From positions 64,001-128,000 of the IMG/VR virus record IMGVR_UViG_3300033463_000023: a stretch of 64,000 nucleotides of DNA; one strand, written 5' to 3'. This document shows positions 22,906 to 33,707 of the stretch, in pieces. Source of the DNA: a virus (taxonomy: Duplodnaviria > Caudoviricetes). Position 1 is the stretch's first letter, and every line of letters starts with the position of its first letter. A program made the translations under genes and the position numbers. The notes under the pieces are model-generated. The model was not told where the DNA came from. It was given only the letters and a program-made list of their open reading frames with translations, and did no database searches.

Positions 22906-25900
22906 CTACAGGTACTTCTCCCCGTGCCTTGCTGCTTCTTTCTGCAGCTTGGCGATGACGTTCGGCAGGCCGTCGGGCCCGTAGAGGATGTTCTGCGCGA
23001 CGATCGGCTCGCTGAGCCGGGCCAGCAGCGCCTCCTGCACGGCGGTGTTGCGGTCGAGCGACCCCTGGATGGCCGTGAGGTCCGTGCCGCCGCCGATGCC
23101 GCCCGTCGTGCCCCAGGCATCCCCGAAGTCGTCGAGGTTGCCGTCGGCGAAGGCGCGCACTCCCCCGCCCCGTCGGCGCATGGCGGAGAGCCGCCCGCCG
23201 TTGTAGAGCGTCTGGATGCTCTGCCAGATCTCCGGCTCGTTCAGGCGGATGTCGCGGGTGGTGTGGGCGTCGATGATCGCCTCCTGCCCGGCCTCGCCGA
23301 CGAGGTGGAACTCCGGCCCGCTGGTGACGTGGGTCTTCGCTCCCTTGCCCATGTACCTTGCGCGGTAGGTCCTGCCGTCGGCGGCGTCGACGTTGTACTG
23401 CCTGCCAGGCGTGAGCGTAGAGGGGTCGGTGAACTCGTTGACGTTACCGCTGGCGTACGTCATCATGCCCGTTGACAGGCGGCCGGCCGAGACGGACGCG
23501 CCGGTGACCTGGGCGATCTGCGACTTCGACTTGGCGATCTTCGATACGGCAAAACCGAGCAGGCCTCCGAGCAGGGCCGTGATGGCGGCGAAGGCAGCGG
23601 GTCCTGCGATCGGGCCAAGCTGTGCAAACGTCTTCGACGCGACGGCGGGAGTGTCTGCTGCAACCTGTGCCGTGTTCTGGGCCATGGAAGTCGTCAGTGC
23701 CGATATGGCCGCCTGGCCCGCCGCCTGCACGGCGATCATCTCGAACTTCTGGGCTGTCGAGAGATTGTCGTTCGACATGGCCTGGTAGGCGATTCCGTAG
23801 AGGTTGGCGGCGGCGGTCATCTTGGCGAAGGCCGACTGCGCGCCGCCCGCGATCTTGTTGTCTGTCTGCTGCTCGCCCTGCTGCACCTTCTTCTGGTTGT
23901 TGAGGACCTGCGCCGTGGCGGCGTCCGACGCCTGCACCTGGGCGTTGTAGGCGTTCTGCATGCTCTCGATGCCGGCGGCCGTCATCTGCCACGGAGCCTT
24001 GTATGGCAGGCCTTCCGGTTGCTCCGCCACGGCGGGCTGTATCGGCGAAACGACTTGTCCGCTGCCGTCGAGCGCCATGCCGTTCTCGTCGCGCTTCAGC
24101 TTGCTGGCGTCGGAGAAGTCCGACTGGCCGCCAGCGATCCCGCCGAGCAGGTCGTACAGCGCCTGGGTGTTCAGCCCCAGCGCCGCCGTGTTGGCGTCTA
24201 TCGCCTCGTTCTGCAGCGCGGCGTTCATCCAGTCGGTGATCTGCTCGTCCATCTTGGCGTTGATGTCGTCCATCACCTTCTTCCACGCGTCGGCCTGGGC
24301 GTTCTGCTGCTCTATCTCCCGCTGGCGCTCCAGGGCCTGGCGGTCGTTGAGGTACTCGTAGTGGGCGGCTGCGTCCTCCGTGCCCTCGTTCTCGATGACG
24401 ATGTACGTCCCGGCGCCGGGGCCTCCCTTGCCGGTGAGCTCCATCTTCGCCAGCTCGTTGTAGTACTCCGCGTTGCCGGCGTTGCTGGCTTCCATCACGT
24501 CCTGCAGCGAGCCCGTCAGCAGGTCTGCCCATTCCCTCAGGCTCTGATAGAGGCGGTTCTGGGACTCCTCGGTGCGGGCGATGATCTCCTCGCGCTGCTT
24601 GGCCAGCTCGGTCAGCTCCTTAGCCTGCGAGATATTCAGTGATGTCGTCAGGTGCTGAGCGTCGAGCGATGCCTCCACAGATTTCGTCACGGCTTCCTCT
24701 GCCTGCCGCGCCTTCAGTCGTGCCTCTTCGGCCTTGCCTGCGTCCTTGGCGGCCTCGGCTTCCTTCTTCAGGCGCTCTGCCTTCCGTTTCTCCAACTCTG
24801 CCTCGCGCTCCAGGAAAGCAATACGCTTCCTGCCCTCCTGCTCCATCAGGTTGTAGTAGTGTTCCTGCATCGTGATCTTCAGCTTCATCTGCTGGATGGC
24901 GAGCTTGTCGGCCACGCGTTCCGATGCTGCACCGGCACCTATCAGGCTGTTGGCACGGCTCACCCTGCCCTCTTCCAGTCCCAGTGCGCTTATGGCCAGT
25001 TCGTAGCTGTCCTTCAGGCTGGCGCTCTGGCCGGGCATCACGTCCTGCCACATGATGTCAACCTGCTTCTTGATCTGCGACGCCTCCTTCTTGATGGCGT
25101 TCTGCACGTCGTCGTACACTTTGTGCAGCGCCTCCAGTATCGACTGCCGCTTCTGGTCGTCCACCATCAGCTCGTCGGCCCATTCTCCCAGGCCATTCTC
25201 GCGCATCCGCTTTGCCAGCTCATCGACGGTCAGCGCATAGGCGTTCTCCGCCTCTCCCAGCAGGAAGCGCATGCGCTTGGCCTCGGCCTTCACCAGCACA
25301 CCTGCGTCGGTCACGCCCTTCTTCTCCATGTCGGCAAAGAGGATGTCCATGTCCGTCAGGTTCTTGCGCAGGTTGTCCACGATGCCGTCATAGGGCCGTT
25401 CCTTGGCCACGATGTCGGCTATCTTGTTCAGATGCTTCACGGTGATCTCCTGCATCTTCGTCATGTCCTGCTGCATGCGGTAGTTGTTGCGCCCTATCTG
25501 TCCGGCGTTGGCCTTGGCCCACTCGGTGGTGAGCTTCTCGCGCTGCAGCTCGTCCAGCTCGAAGTTCTTGTGCAGTGTCTCCCACCACTCGTCGAACGCC
25601 TTGGTCTCCTCCTTCGATATCTCGCCGGTGAACGACCCGCGCAGCTTCGCCCGCCGCTCCAGGTGCTTCTGCTCCAGCAGCTCCGCCTGGCGGTTGTACA
25701 GCTCCTCGCTCATGTTCTCGTCGATGCGCGCCTTCTCCAGCGTCTCCTTGCGGCGCGAGTAGTAGCGGTCGAGCTCCGCCAGCGCATAGTCCGTCTCCGG
25801 CATCAGGTTCTTGCGCTTGCCCGTCTTGGCTTCCGCAGCCCAGTGCCCCTCGTTGGTGGAGAAGCGCTCGCTCTTCAGCTCCTGCTCGATCTTCTTGCGC

Positions 25901-28900
25901 TCCGCGTTGTACCAGTCGATGACGTCATTCATGTTCGGCTGCACCTTGCCGTCGTTGATGGCCTTCATCAGGGCGATGTCCTCGGCCAGCACCTTCCTGA
26001 TGTCGGTATCAGGGCGGATCGCGTTCTTGAAACGGTCCATCTGGTTGCGGCGGGCCACCAGCTCGTCAACGTTCCAGGAAGCGTAGTCGGTGCTGGCGGC
26101 CTCCGGCTCGGTGCCCCAGATGTTCGCGGACGATCCTGCGCTGCCGCCTTCGCCTATGCCGCCTGCCTCGCCCTTCTGCGCCTGCTTGGCGGCTTTGATG
26201 ATCTGCCTGCGCTGTTCCTCCGTGAATGCCCTGAAAAGGGTCTCAACGACATTCTCGACAGTGGCTTCGTTCCCGTTGGCTACATACTTGTCGGCTTTGT
26301 CAAGCTCTCCATTGAACTTGTTCAGGTTGGCGGTGATGATGTTCACCTGCTGTGCCAGGTCGCCGACATTCTCCATCGCCCTCTCCGCACCGCCGGCGAT
26401 TTGGTTAAGGACACGGTTGTAGGCATCGTCATTCATCTTGTTGGCGCTCGCTATGCTGGCACTACGGGCCCCTTTTGTGAACGATTCCGAATCCTGGCGT
26501 TTCTCCTCTATCTCTGCTTCGCGCTTCAGGGTCCTCTCCGTCCACTGGTCGAACGACCTGAACGACTGGCTGATGAAGTCTTCGAGCGTGTTGCTGACTT
26601 CGCTGTAGATGGTAGTCCCATATATGGTGCTTCCGGTAGCCACGGAACGGGTTCCAAAGTTCAGCGGCACCTCCTTGCCGTTACGGTCTCTCACGTTTCT
26701 GGCGCCGGCGACCTCTTCCCTTACGATCTTTCCGAACACCTTCTCCAGCTCCTTCCGCAGTTCGGCATAGCTGCCTCTTGTCACCTCGCCGCCTGTAAGT
26801 CCCTCGATGGCAGGCAGCGTGTACGACGCCTTGCCGTTCTCGTCGACGCTGTAGCGGATGCTGCCACGCACAGTGTTCCAGCGGCTGCGTATCTGGCGCT
26901 GCATGTCGGCCGGCAGCGACTTCAGCGAGGCCGTGCTTCTTGCGCCGGCCTCGTCGATGCCCTCGTTGTGCTTTTCGTCGATGCCCTCTATCTCCTTGTT
27001 CAGCCGCTTCTGCTCCAGCTCCTCCTTCAGCGCGTCCACGATCTGCAGGTGTGCCAGCGCGACCTGCTCGGCGGCAGTCTTCTCGTTGAGCATGTAGCCC
27101 AGGTAGGTGCTGTACTTCGAGTTGATCTCGCTGATAAGCCCGCTGCGGGTCTTGTTGGCCTTGTTCATCTCGTCGGAGGCAGACTTCAGTTCCTTCTCCT
27201 TCTGCTTCAGCTCCTCTTCCTTCTTGCCCAGCCTGTCGTGGGCCTCTGTGCTCTTGTCGGTAGAGCTCCTTAGGACGTCAACCTCCTTGCGCAGTTCGTC
27301 TGTCTCCTTTTTCAGCTTACGGTGCTTCTCGGCCGCCTCGTTGGCCTTGGGTATGGCTTTCTCGAGCGAGGATGTCAGCCTGCCCACCTCCCGCTCTGCT
27401 GCGGCTTCCTCGTTGTCGAGCCTGGCCAGCGAGAGCGCCATGGCGTCGATATTGGTGGCGGCGTCCCAGATGGCCTTGCCCAGCAGATACACAGCTGAAG
27501 CAATGGCAAACATCAGGTTCGCCTTCGACGCTGCATCCATCGCTCTCCATGCGGCGCGCCATTTCGCGGCCACGCCCGTTATCTGCACGCCGAGGGATTT
27601 CACGCCCGTAATGGCCAGGTTCAGAGGTTTGATGAGGTATGTCCAGATGGCTCCGCCGATGCCGAGTTTCCACGCGCCGAACGCGAACATGACGGAAAAC
27701 GCGCCGTCCTTCAGCCTGACAAACAGGTCCAGCACAACGCGCATGCCGTCGATAACGCCGCCGAGCCAGCGCTGCATGCTGTCATTCACAAACACCTCCT
27801 CCAGCTGGTTCTTGAAACGCTCCCATCTTGCGGCGGTGGTCTCGTTCATCTTGTCGTACTCCTGCTGGATGGCGATATTCCCCTCATACGCCCTGGAGGC
27901 GGTGCCGAGGTGTTCCTTCAGCGTCTCCACGTTCTGAGACAGGCCGGCAAAGACGATGCCGGCCCTGGCACCCTGCTGGTTCAGCTGCTTCATCACGTCC
28001 TTCATGCCGCCCATGTTCAGCATCTCCTCGATGCCCTCCTCGTCGAGGCCCGCATCCTTGATATGCTGGAACACCATGAGGATGGCCTCCATGCCACGGC
28101 CGGTGGCAAAGAGGTCGCGCAGGTCGTTCGGGGCCACCTTGATGGCCTTGGCAACCTCGAACGCATTGTTCTTTATCGCTGGGATCATTCGTGACAGGGC
28201 GGTAGCCGACATCTCGACTCTCATGCCCAACGCGTCGACCGTAGAACCCAGAGCGGCCACCTGGTCGATGGTGATGCCGCTCTGTGCTCCGACGGCTCCA
28301 ACACGCTTCACAAAATCAGTAATAGCGGGGGCGGTGGCGGCGCTGGTGGCACGCAGACGGTCGATGGTCGAGCCGACCTTCTCCATTGCCACGGCCGTGG
28401 CAGAGGATCCGTCGATGATTCCCTCGCGCATCTGCTTGTCAATCTTGGCGATCTCGCCGGTGGCAAGCGCCACCTTCAGCATCTCGGTGGCACCTTCCTT
28501 ACCCATTTCCGGCAGGGCCACCATCAGCTTGTTGGCGGCCTCCGTGAATCCCTCCACGTCCTCCTGCGTCTTCAATCCCAGCTGGCCTGCAGCCACGGAC
28601 AGGTCGAGAAGGCCGGTCAGCGCGGTACGGGTATCCATCTTCCTCAGGTTCTCGCTCAGCCGCCCCACCTCGTCAGCCGTGAAGCCGGTGGTCTTGCGCA
28701 CCTCGCCCATCTTGTCCGAGAGCTCCAGCAAGTCGGCGAAGGATGCCGTGACCTTCTGCAAGGCGGTGGCGGCGCTGACGTAAAGGGTGATGTATGTCTT
28801 CAGTCGGCCCATGGCTTTCTCAAACGAGCTGGCGGTTCCCTTGCTGGTGGCGCCGAGCCGCTTCATCTCAAAGTCGGCCTTCTTGACTTTTGCTGCCAGT

Positions 28901-31353
28901 TCGTCGAAGGCCTCCCTGTCCTTGCCTGTCTCTATGCGCATCGAGGCGAGTGCCGCCCTACCCTGCTCCACGGCCAGCTTCAACTCGTTGAACGACTTGC
29001 CCTTAGGCGTGTCGAGTATGGCCTTGATCTCGCCTGACAGGTGGCCTGTGCGCTGCAGCTCGAGATTGATGCTGTCGATTCCCTCCTGCATACGGCGCCA
29101 TGCCAGACCGCCCTTCACGGCCTGCTTCTGCAGGTCTTCGAGTGTCTTCTTGGCGAGGTTCAGCTGTTCAACCGTCCCCTTGAAGTTGCCGCTGCGGGCA
29201 CTGAGTGCCGTCTGCAGGGCCTGCTTCATGGTCATGGTCGGTGCCGTGGCTTTCTCTGCGGCAACGCCTGCCTGAACCAGGTATTCGTTAATCTTCTTGA
29301 TGGTGTCGGCTTCGGTCTCCTGCGGCAGCGAGTCGCGGTATTTCTTCAGCGCATCTGCATTCCTCTTGATGTCGTTGGCACTGGCATTGCCTATACCACC
29401 CCCAAAGAATGTAAGTGCCTTCTGTCCTTCGGCCTGCACCATCTGGTCTTGCAGTTGCCTCACTTTCTGCAGATTGGCCTCGTACTGGTGCAGACTCTTG
29501 CCTGCGTTCTTCGGGTCGTCAATCATGCGCTGCCAGTACTGCTCCTGTGTCTTCAGTGCGGAAGATGAAAGCGACGAGCCGTATCTGTTCAGCTGATCGT
29601 CCATCAGCTTAATGGCCTTCTTGCGCTCATCTTCTGCCTTCTTCAACGATTCGGCCTCCTTCCTCGCGCTTCGTTCGGCCTCCAGTCCGTATTTCTTAAT
29701 ATGGTCTTCGGCGTCGGCGATGGCCACTGACAGATCTTTGTACTTCTGGTCGCTGGCCGAAAGCGTCTGCTGGTATTTCTTGGCGTCTTCGATGGCCTTG
29801 CGGATATCACGCTCACTCATGGTCATCAGGTTGCCGCCCGTCAACTTCTGTGCCCCGGTCTTTGCCTGCTCGTTGGCGAGTCGCTGCTGCTCGGCAATGA
29901 CGGCCTCGAGGTTGGCCTTGGCATCGTTGTATGCCCGGCTGCCGCGCTCGGCACCGTCCATCTGTGCCTGCCAGAAACGCTTGGTCTCTTCCAGCGCGCC
30001 GTCAGACAGCTTGCCAAGGTCGCTCATGCGGCCGTTCATCATCTGCAGCTGGGCGGCGGCCTTCTGTGCGCTGCGCTCCGCCTCCAGCCCGAACTTCTGC
30101 ATGTGCTCCTCGGCACGGATGATGCTGTCCTGAAGCTGCTGGAACGACTTGTCGGTAGGCTTCATGGCTGCCAGCAGTTCCTTGGCAGCGGCGACGGACT
30201 GTTTCAGCTCTGACTCCGACAGCGTGCGAAGGTTCTTGCGGTTCAGACGGTTGGCACTGTCCTGCAACTGTTTGGTGTTGAGACGCTCCTGCTCGTCGGC
30301 GATCTTCTTCAGGTTGGCGACAGCCTCCTTGTATGCTCGGCTTCCACGGGTGGCGCCGTCGCGCTGTTCCTCCCAGAACTTCTTGGTCTCAGTGAGCGCA
30401 TCCTGCGACAGCCTATTGAGTTTGTCAATGCGGCCTTGCATCATCTTGTACTTGTCGTCGAGCAGCTTAGCGGCCTCGGCCTGACGCTGCGCGGCTCGTG
30501 CCGCTTCCAAACCATGCGTCTTCAGGTATGCCTCTGCCTCGGCTATCTTCTTGGTTAGATCCTGTGCCTCCTTGCTGCCAGAGCGGTAGGTGGCCAGCAG
30601 CTCCTTTCCGGCACTGATGGCCTTGCGGATATCATCTTCCGAGTAACGGCCGAGCGCTTTCGAGCCTAACAGTTTAGATGACCGTTCAAGCTCCTTTGTC
30701 TGGATGCTGTCAACGTAGCCCCTGATCTCCTTCAGCTGGGCGGCATACTGCTTGTACTCAGCGGTGCCTTTGGGGATCATGGCAAGGATTTTCTCAAGGC
30801 CTTCCTGCTCCTTTTTGAGCACGGCCTCCGAGACCTTGCCGCCCCTGCTGATGGTCTCAATGACCTTCTCCGTGTCACGGTCGAGGCGGTTGAGCTGCTT
30901 CTGTGATTCGGTTATAACCTTGTTCAGGTCGCGCTGTCTCTGCAGATCCTCCTCGTTCAGCTTGCCGTTCTCCCCCTTCTCGCGGATGGGACGCAGGCGG
31001 CTCTGCGCGGCGTTGATGGCACCCTTCAGCTCGGCACGGCTGCTCTTTTCGATCTCACCCATGCGGATGTTCTTCACAACGGATTCGAGTGCGGTGGCTC
31101 CCTTCATCAGCTCGTGGATGGCAGACTCGAAATTACGGGCTTCCTTGGCGGCGGACTTCAGGCGGTCTGCCACGTTGAACTCCACACCGTTGCCGTCCTT
31201 CAGCTTCTTGATGCCGTGGTCGAGCGCGTCCTGCATTTCATCGACAGTCTTCCTTGCCTCCCTCGCGCTTGCTCTCAGAGAGTCCAAGGCCACGTTCGCG
31301 CCTTTCGCGTCGGCACGGAACTGGATGGTTGCCAAAGCTATCTTGTTGCTCAT
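22906..31353 (-). CDS. Tail tape measure protein, 2815 aa
   Basis: Very long Ala/Lys/Glu-rich helical ORF; TP901-type core VRKTTGFTADEVGRLSENLRKMDTRT...AAGQLG; hydrophobic central segments. Confidence 0.92.
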   Translation of the reverse strand: MSNKIALATIQFRADAKGANVALDSLRASAREARKTVDEMQDALDHGIKKLKDGNGVEFNVADRLKSAAKEARNFESAIHELMKGATALESVVKNIRMGEIEKSSRAELKGAINAAQSRLRPIREKGENGKLNEEDLQRQRDLNKVITESQKQLNRLDRDTEKVIETISRGGKVSEAVLKKEQEGLEKILAMIPKGTAEYKQYAAQLKEIRGYVDSIQTKELERSSKLLGSKALGRYSEDDIRKAISAGKELLATYRSGSKEAQDLTKKIAEAEAYLKTHGLEAARAAQRQAEAAKLLDDKYKMMQGRIDKLNRLSQDALTETKKFWEEQRDGATRGSRAYKEAVANLKKIADEQERLNTKQLQDSANRLNRKNLRTLSESELKQSVAAAKELLAAMKPTDKSFQQLQDSIIRAEEHMQKFGLEAERSAQKAAAQLQMMNGRMSDLGKLSDGALEETKRFWQAQMDGAERGSRAYNDAKANLEAVIAEQQRLANEQAKTGAQKLTGGNLMTMSERDIRKAIEDAKKYQQTLSASDQKYKDLSVAIADAEDHIKKYGLEAERSARKEAESLKKAEDERKKAIKLMDDQLNRYGSSLSSSALKTQEQYWQRMIDDPKNAGKSLHQYEANLQKVRQLQDQMVQAEGQKALTFFGGGIGNASANDIKRNADALKKYRDSLPQETEADTIKKINEYLVQAGVAAEKATAPTMTMKQALQTALSARSGNFKGTVEQLNLAKKTLEDLQKQAVKGGLAWRRMQEGIDSINLELQRTGHLSGEIKAILDTPKGKSFNELKLAVEQGRAALASMRIETGKDREAFDELAAKVKKADFEMKRLGATSKGTASSFEKAMGRLKTYITLYVSAATALQKVTASFADLLELSDKMGEVRKTTGFTADEVGRLSENLRKMDTRTALTGLLDLSVAAGQLGLKTQEDVEGFTEAANKLMVALPEMGKEGATEMLKVALATGEIAKIDKQMREGIIDGSSATAVAMEKVGSTIDRLRATSAATAPAITDFVKRVGAVGAQSGITIDQVAALGSTVDALGMRVEMSATALSRMIPAIKNNAFEVAKAIKVAPNDLRDLFATGRGMEAILMVFQHIKDAGLDEEGIEEMLNMGGMKDVMKQLNQQGARAGIVFAGLSQNVETLKEHLGTASRAYEGNIAIQQEYDKMNETTAARWERFKNQLEEVFVNDSMQRWLGGVIDGMRVVLDLFVRLKDGAFSVMFAFGAWKLGIGGAIWTYLIKPLNLAITGVKSLGVQITGVAAKWRAAWRAMDAASKANLMFAIASAVYLLGKAIWDAATNIDAMALSLARLDNEEAAAEREVGRLTSSLEKAIPKANEAAEKHRKLKKETDELRKEVDVLRSSTDKSTEAHDRLGKKEEELKQKEKELKSASDEMNKANKTRSGLISEINSKYSTYLGYMLNEKTAAEQVALAHLQIVDALKEELEQKRLNKEIEGIDEKHNEGIDEAGARSTASLKSLPADMQRQIRSRWNTVRGSIRYSVDENGKASYTLPAIEGLTGGEVTRGSYAELRKELEKVFGKIVREEVAGARNVRDRNGKEVPLNFGTRSVATGSTIYGTTIYSEVSNTLEDFISQSFRSFDQWTERTLKREAEIEEKRQDSESFTKGARSASIASANKMNDDAYNRVLNQIAGGAERAMENVGDLAQQVNIITANLNKFNGELDKADKYVANGNEATVENVVETLFRAFTEEQRRQIIKAAKQAQKGEAGGIGEGGSAGSSANIWGTEPEAASTDYASWNVDELVARRNQMDRFKNAIRPDTDIRKVLAEDIALMKAINDGKVQPNMNDVIDWYNAERKKIEQELKSERFSTNEGHWAAEAKTGKRKNLMPETDYALAELDRYYSRRKETLEKARIDENMSEELYNRQAELLEQKHLERRAKLRGSFTGEISKEETKAFDEWWETLHKNFELDELQREKLTTEWAKANAGQIGRNNYRMQQDMTKMQEITVKHLNKIADIVAKERPYDGIVDNLRKNLTDMDILFADMEKKGVTDAGVLVKAEAKRMRFLLGEAENAYALTVDELAKRMRENGLGEWADELMVDDQKRQSILEALHKVYDDVQNAIKKEASQIKKQVDIMWQDVMPGQSASLKDSYELAISALGLEEGRVSRANSLIGAGAASERVADKLAIQQMKLKITMQEHYYNLMEQEGRKRIAFLEREAELEKRKAERLKKEAEAAKDAGKAEEARLKARQAEEAVTKSVEASLDAQHLTTSLNISQAKELTELAKQREEIIARTEESQNRLYQSLREWADLLTGSLQDVMEASNAGNAEYYNELAKMELTGKGGPGAGTYIVIENEGTEDAAAHYEYLNDRQALERQREIEQQNAQADAWKKVMDDINAKMDEQITDWMNAALQNEAIDANTAALGLNTQALYDLLGGIAGGQSDFSDASKLKRDENGMALDGSGQVVSPIQPAVAEQPEGLPYKAPWQMTAAGIESMQNAYNAQVQASDAATAQVLNNQKKVQQGEQQTDNKIAGGAQSAFAKMTAAANLYGIAYQAMSNDNLSTAQKFEMIAVQAAGQAAISALTTSMAQNTAQVAADTPAVASKTFAQLGPIAGPAAFAAITALLGGLLGFAVSKIAKSKSQIAQVTGASVSAGRLSTGMMTYASGNVNEFTDPSTLTPGRQYNVDAADGRTYRARYMGKGAKTHVTSGPEFHLVGEAGQEAIIDAHTTRDIRLNEPEIWQSIQTLYNGGRLSAMRRRGGGVRAFADGNLDDFGDAWGTTGGIGGGTDLTAIQGSLDRNTAVQEALLARLSEPIVAQNILYGPDGLPNVIAKLQKEAARHGEKYL

Positions 31354-31377
31354 AGTCGTATGTTGTTTGTGTTGTTT

Positions 31378-31902
31378 CTACCTGCGTGACATCATCAGGC
31401 GGTTGATCTCCTCGTAGTTCTCGCGGTTGGCGCCGGCGGCATAGACGAGGAATCCGAGGCCCATAAACGAGAAGTGGTCTACCAGCAGGCGCTCGAACCT
31501 CCGGGCCTGCTTTCGCATCTCGGCGGTACTGTGCGGCTTGGCCTTGCGCTTGCGACCACGGACAGGTATTGGCTTCCACGCCCGCTGCGTGATGGGGTCG
31601 ATAGGTGTATATGGATTATTCTTGCCGACAGCGAGTTCCACGAACTGGCCGTACTTCATGTAGGTCTCCTGGAACACCTCTGCGTCGCCACCGCTGTCGG
31701 CCCACGCCTTCCAGCCGATACTGCGCATGAGCTTGCCGGACCGTATGGCCGTGAGCCGGCGGATGTTCTTCTTTGCATCCTCCTTGCCGAACTTGATGAA
31801 GTTGCGGATGTACTGCATCACCCGCTCGTCGCGCCAGTCGAACTTGGTCGCGATTATCTCGTCCGCGAACGGGTCCCTCTCCCGCCATTTCTCGTTAGCC
31901 AT
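31378..31902 (-). CDS. Probable tail-completion/neck protein
   Basis: 174 aa, basic, RSGKLMRSI and YGQFVELAVG motifs, upstream of the tape measure gene. Confidence 0.5.
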   Translation of the reverse strand: MANEKWRERDPFADEIIATKFDWRDERVMQYIRNFIKFGKEDAKKNIRRLTAIRSGKLMRSIGWKAWADSGGDAEVFQETYMKYGQFVELAVGKNNPYTPIDPITQRAWKPIPVRGRKRKAKPHSTAEMRKQARRFERLLVDHFSFMGLGFLVYAAGANRENYEEINRLMMSRR

Positions 31903-31918
31903 GATGCTCTTTTTACCC

Positions 31919-31954
31919 GCAATATAGCGTGCGCGGGTGCCGGAATCAAGGGCA
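31919..31954 (-). promoter_or_regulatory. Candidate phage late promoter, copy 4
   Basis: TGCCCTTG-N20-TATATTGC upstream of ATG 31902. Confidence 0.7.
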
Positions 31955-32061
31955 ACAAGCGGCCGTTCTTACTACCAACGGGCAGTAAGAAGACAATGGA
32001 GTACACAAAAGAAGCCATGTCTTCTGTGTACTGCTAACGAAGTGGAGTAAAAGTTATGCGC

Positions 32062-32523
32062 TTACATGTTTTTCAGGGCGTCCCGGATGTCGGTCTCGGT
32101 AGGTGTGTAGTTAGAGCCGAAGCGGGCCTGTCCGCGCTGGAGGGCGAGCCGTTCGGCAGCGGCGCGGCGCGCATCCTCCTGCCGTTGCAGCCGGCCAAGG
32201 TATTCTGCTTCCCGCAGTTTGACCCGAAAGTCCCTTTCGTCATAGCGCCGGAGCCAGTCGGTGGTGAGCGGTGGAAGCTCCCTGGTGGCGGGGCCGATGA
32301 CTATCTTCTCGTACGACTTGGGATTGGTGATGACGACGGAGCAGCCGGTGGCACGAACGAAGGGTATAAGCCACTTCATGTCGGTCTGCCAGGAGGAAAC
32401 GGAAAGAGGGGGTTCTTTTTCTTCCTGTGCAGGCGTAGGGACGTGTGGGGAACGTCTGGCGCGGCTCTCCATGACGGAGGCTGCGAAGATGTGGGCAAGA
32501 CCGCGGATGAGGAATGAAGGCAT
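32062..32523 (-). CDS. Hypothetical protein
   Basis: 153-aa ORF with AT-rich leader. Confidence 0.6.
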   Translation of the reverse strand: MPSFLIRGLAHIFAASVMESRARRSPHVPTPAQEEKEPPLSVSSWQTDMKWLIPFVRATGCSVVITNPKSYEKIVIGPATRELPPLTTDWLRRYDERDFRVKLREAEYLGRLQRQEDARRAAAERLALQRGQARFGSNYTPTETDIRDALKNM

Positions 32524-32550
32524 AGGATTTTCAATTTAAAGATTTACGAT

Positions 32551-33024
32551 TCAGGCAAAGCGGTAGATAGTGCGCCCTGCAGCGTCCTTGATATCGAGGT
32601 GACAGCCGGTGAGGCGAAGGGCGCGGTACAACTCGTCGAACGACTTGCCGTCATTCATCTTCCTGACCACTCGCTCGCAGTGCTGGAGGTCGGCTTTTTT
32701 TCTGGGATCAGCGGATTGCTCTTCAGCATCTTTAATAATATGCAGAAGATTGAGACCGGCCATCTCGCTGTCCTCGTATCTCCTGAGATGTTTGGGGTAG
32801 TGATATATGTTGCGAAGGTCGGCTTGATGTTTCTTTTCGGCCTCGCGCTTTGGGCGGAATACAAATTCATAGTAGATAACGCCGGCTATCAGGCAGACCA
32901 GCGGGAGCAGGAATAACAATCCCATCCATACTTCACCTTGGAAAAAATAGACCATGCCTATGAATGGCATAAAAATGAAGATCATTATACAGATAACACA
33001 GAAGACAATAAACCCAAATCCCAT
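32551..33024 (-). CDS. Two-TM membrane protein, moron-like
   Basis: N-terminal hydrophobic hairpin; lower GC; own promoter. Confidence 0.7.
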   Translation of the reverse strand: MGFGFIVFCVICIMIFIFMPFIGMVYFFQGEVWMGLLFLLPLVCLIAGVIYYEFVFRPKREAEKKHQADLRNIYHYPKHLRRYEDSEMAGLNLLHIIKDAEEQSADPRKKADLQHCERVVRKMNDGKSFDELYRALRLTGCHLDIKDAAGRTIYRFA

Positions 33025-33057
33025 CTGCTTAATAAATTATGTTGTAGCTTTATGGCG

Positions 33058-33089
33058 CAAAGGTACAAAAAATATTTTGATTATGCAAA
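33058..33089 (-). promoter_or_regulatory. Bacteroidetes primary-sigma promoter
   Basis: Minus strand TTTG (33089-33086)-N20-TACCTTTG (33065-33058). Confidence 0.75.
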
Positions 33090-33119
33090 TTTTATGCTGC
33101 TTTTTTATGCGAGCGGGAC

Positions 33120-33155
33120 AAAAAAGGCGCGGGAGCCTCACGGCCCCCGTGCCCC
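33120..33155 (-). terminator. Intrinsic terminator
   Basis: Minus strand ggggcacgggggccgtgaggctcccgcgcc followed by a T-run. Confidence 0.7.
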
Positions 33156-33202
33156 GGAATCAAACATACCAATTTAAAAATATGACGTTTTCAACAAATC
33201 GC

Positions 33203-33634
33203 TCACTTCTCCTTCTCCGCGAGCCTGAACGTGTAGGGCTCGCCGAAGCCCATGCGGGCGACGTGCTTTTCGACGATGCGCCGGAGGTTCTCGTCGCTCC
33301 AGTCGTCCCATTTGTCCCTGGTGTCGGCGGGCATGAGCACGGGTACCGCCATGTGGAAGTTGCGGACGGCGGGGTCGCCGGACGGCTCCTCCACTACGGT
33401 GAACGGCACGGCGTCGAGCAGCCGGTCCCTCAGCACCTCCTCGAACATCTGGTGCGCCTGCATCTGCAGCTCGACGCCCAGGCCGTCCCTGCCGTTGCGC
33501 TCGTAGGCAGCGATGCGGTCGGCCGACGCGCAGAACACTTTCCTGAAGGGCACCACGACATAGTCGCGCCCCGCGATGTTGATCACCGGCTCTGTCTGAG
33601 CCTCCCTGATGGGGTAGTTGATTAGCTGTTCCAT
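33203..33634 (-). CDS. Hypothetical protein
   Basis: 143-aa ORF in leftward operon. Confidence 0.65.
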   Translation of the reverse strand: MEQLINYPIREAQTEPVINIAGRDYVVVPFRKVFCASADRIAAYERNGRDGLGVELQMQAHQMFEEVLRDRLLDAVPFTVVEEPSGDPAVRNFHMAVPVLMPADTRDKWDDWSDENLRRIVEKHVARMGFGEPYTFRLAEKEK

Positions 33635-33707
33635 AATTCGTTTAATTAGTGTAATTCGTTCTTTTAGTCGGCTGTCGCCTTTGTAAAAGCGACAGAGCCG
33701 AGCGGTC

